This document shows, in pieces, positions 63,999 to 64,000 of a stretch of DNA of 64,000 bases. The DNA is from an uncultured Bacteroides sp. (GTDB lineage Bacteria > Bacillota > Clostridia > Christensenellales > CAG-917). Position numbers and translations under genes: made by a program. The DNA lies in the NCBI GenBank assembly GCA_964644355.1, contig CAZXUW010000003.1, positions 50,066-114,065 of the forward strand. The letters are read 5' to 3'. Below the pieces are notes generated by a model, which saw only the letters and a program-made list of their open reading frames with translations, was not told where the DNA came from and did not search any database. Position 1 is the stretch's first letter, and each line of letters opens with the position of its first letter.

Positions 63999-64000
63999 GG

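Overview
This 64-kb window comes from a low/mid-GC endospore-forming Firmicute with Clostridia-like gene order. Most of it is conserved core, nearly all on the minus strand.

**Core blocks**
- 0.7-19.3 kb: the rpsB-tsf-pyrH-frr-uppS-cdsA-dxr-rseP-ispG-(polC position)-rimP-nusA-ylxR-ylxQ-infB-rbfA-nrnA-truB-ribF block.
- 19.5-27.5 kb: a DUF1292 gene, ruvX, a TetR gene, rarA, yunB, spoVAC/AD/AE and spoIIAA-spoIIAB-sigF.
- 27.7-28.3 kb: a six-tRNA operon (Pro-Met/Ile2-Asp-Phe-Thr-Tyr).
- 37-64 kb: ispH::rpsA and cmk::plsC fusion genes, surE, rluB, two S11 carboxypeptidases, ytfJ/ytfI, scpAB, spoIIM, spoIVB, sigK, nrdR, ylmC, sigG-sigE-spoIIGA, ftsZ-ftsA, murA, ftsW/spoVE and murD.

All four sporulation sigma factors (F, E, G, K) are present and intact.

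**Accessory segment (about 28.3-36.9 kb)**
It lies between tRNA-Tyr and a lone tRNA-Trp. It carries a BNR/sialidase-like protein, an MFS transporter, a GNAT, an orphan tyrosine recombinase, and a PadR-coiled-coil-4TM fusion protein; just beyond tRNA-Trp lie RNase HI and a small membrane protein.

**Items most worth a second look**
1. A non-coding composite repeat locus at 28.3-28.7 kb: a 72-nt direct repeat (2 copies) plus phased 19-21-nt iterons.
2. A 529-aa gene sitting exactly where polC normally is. It keeps a C-terminal DEDDh exonuclease but is far too short to include PHP and polymerase domains.
3. A receiver-less Spo0A C-terminal-domain protein next to spoIVB.
4. The recombinase / membrane-PadR pair, which has near-identical core promoters and a 24-bp perfect palindrome.

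I found no CRISPR array, IS element, prophage or recognisable defence system. All calls rest on reading the sequence and on remembered family motifs. No database search was run.
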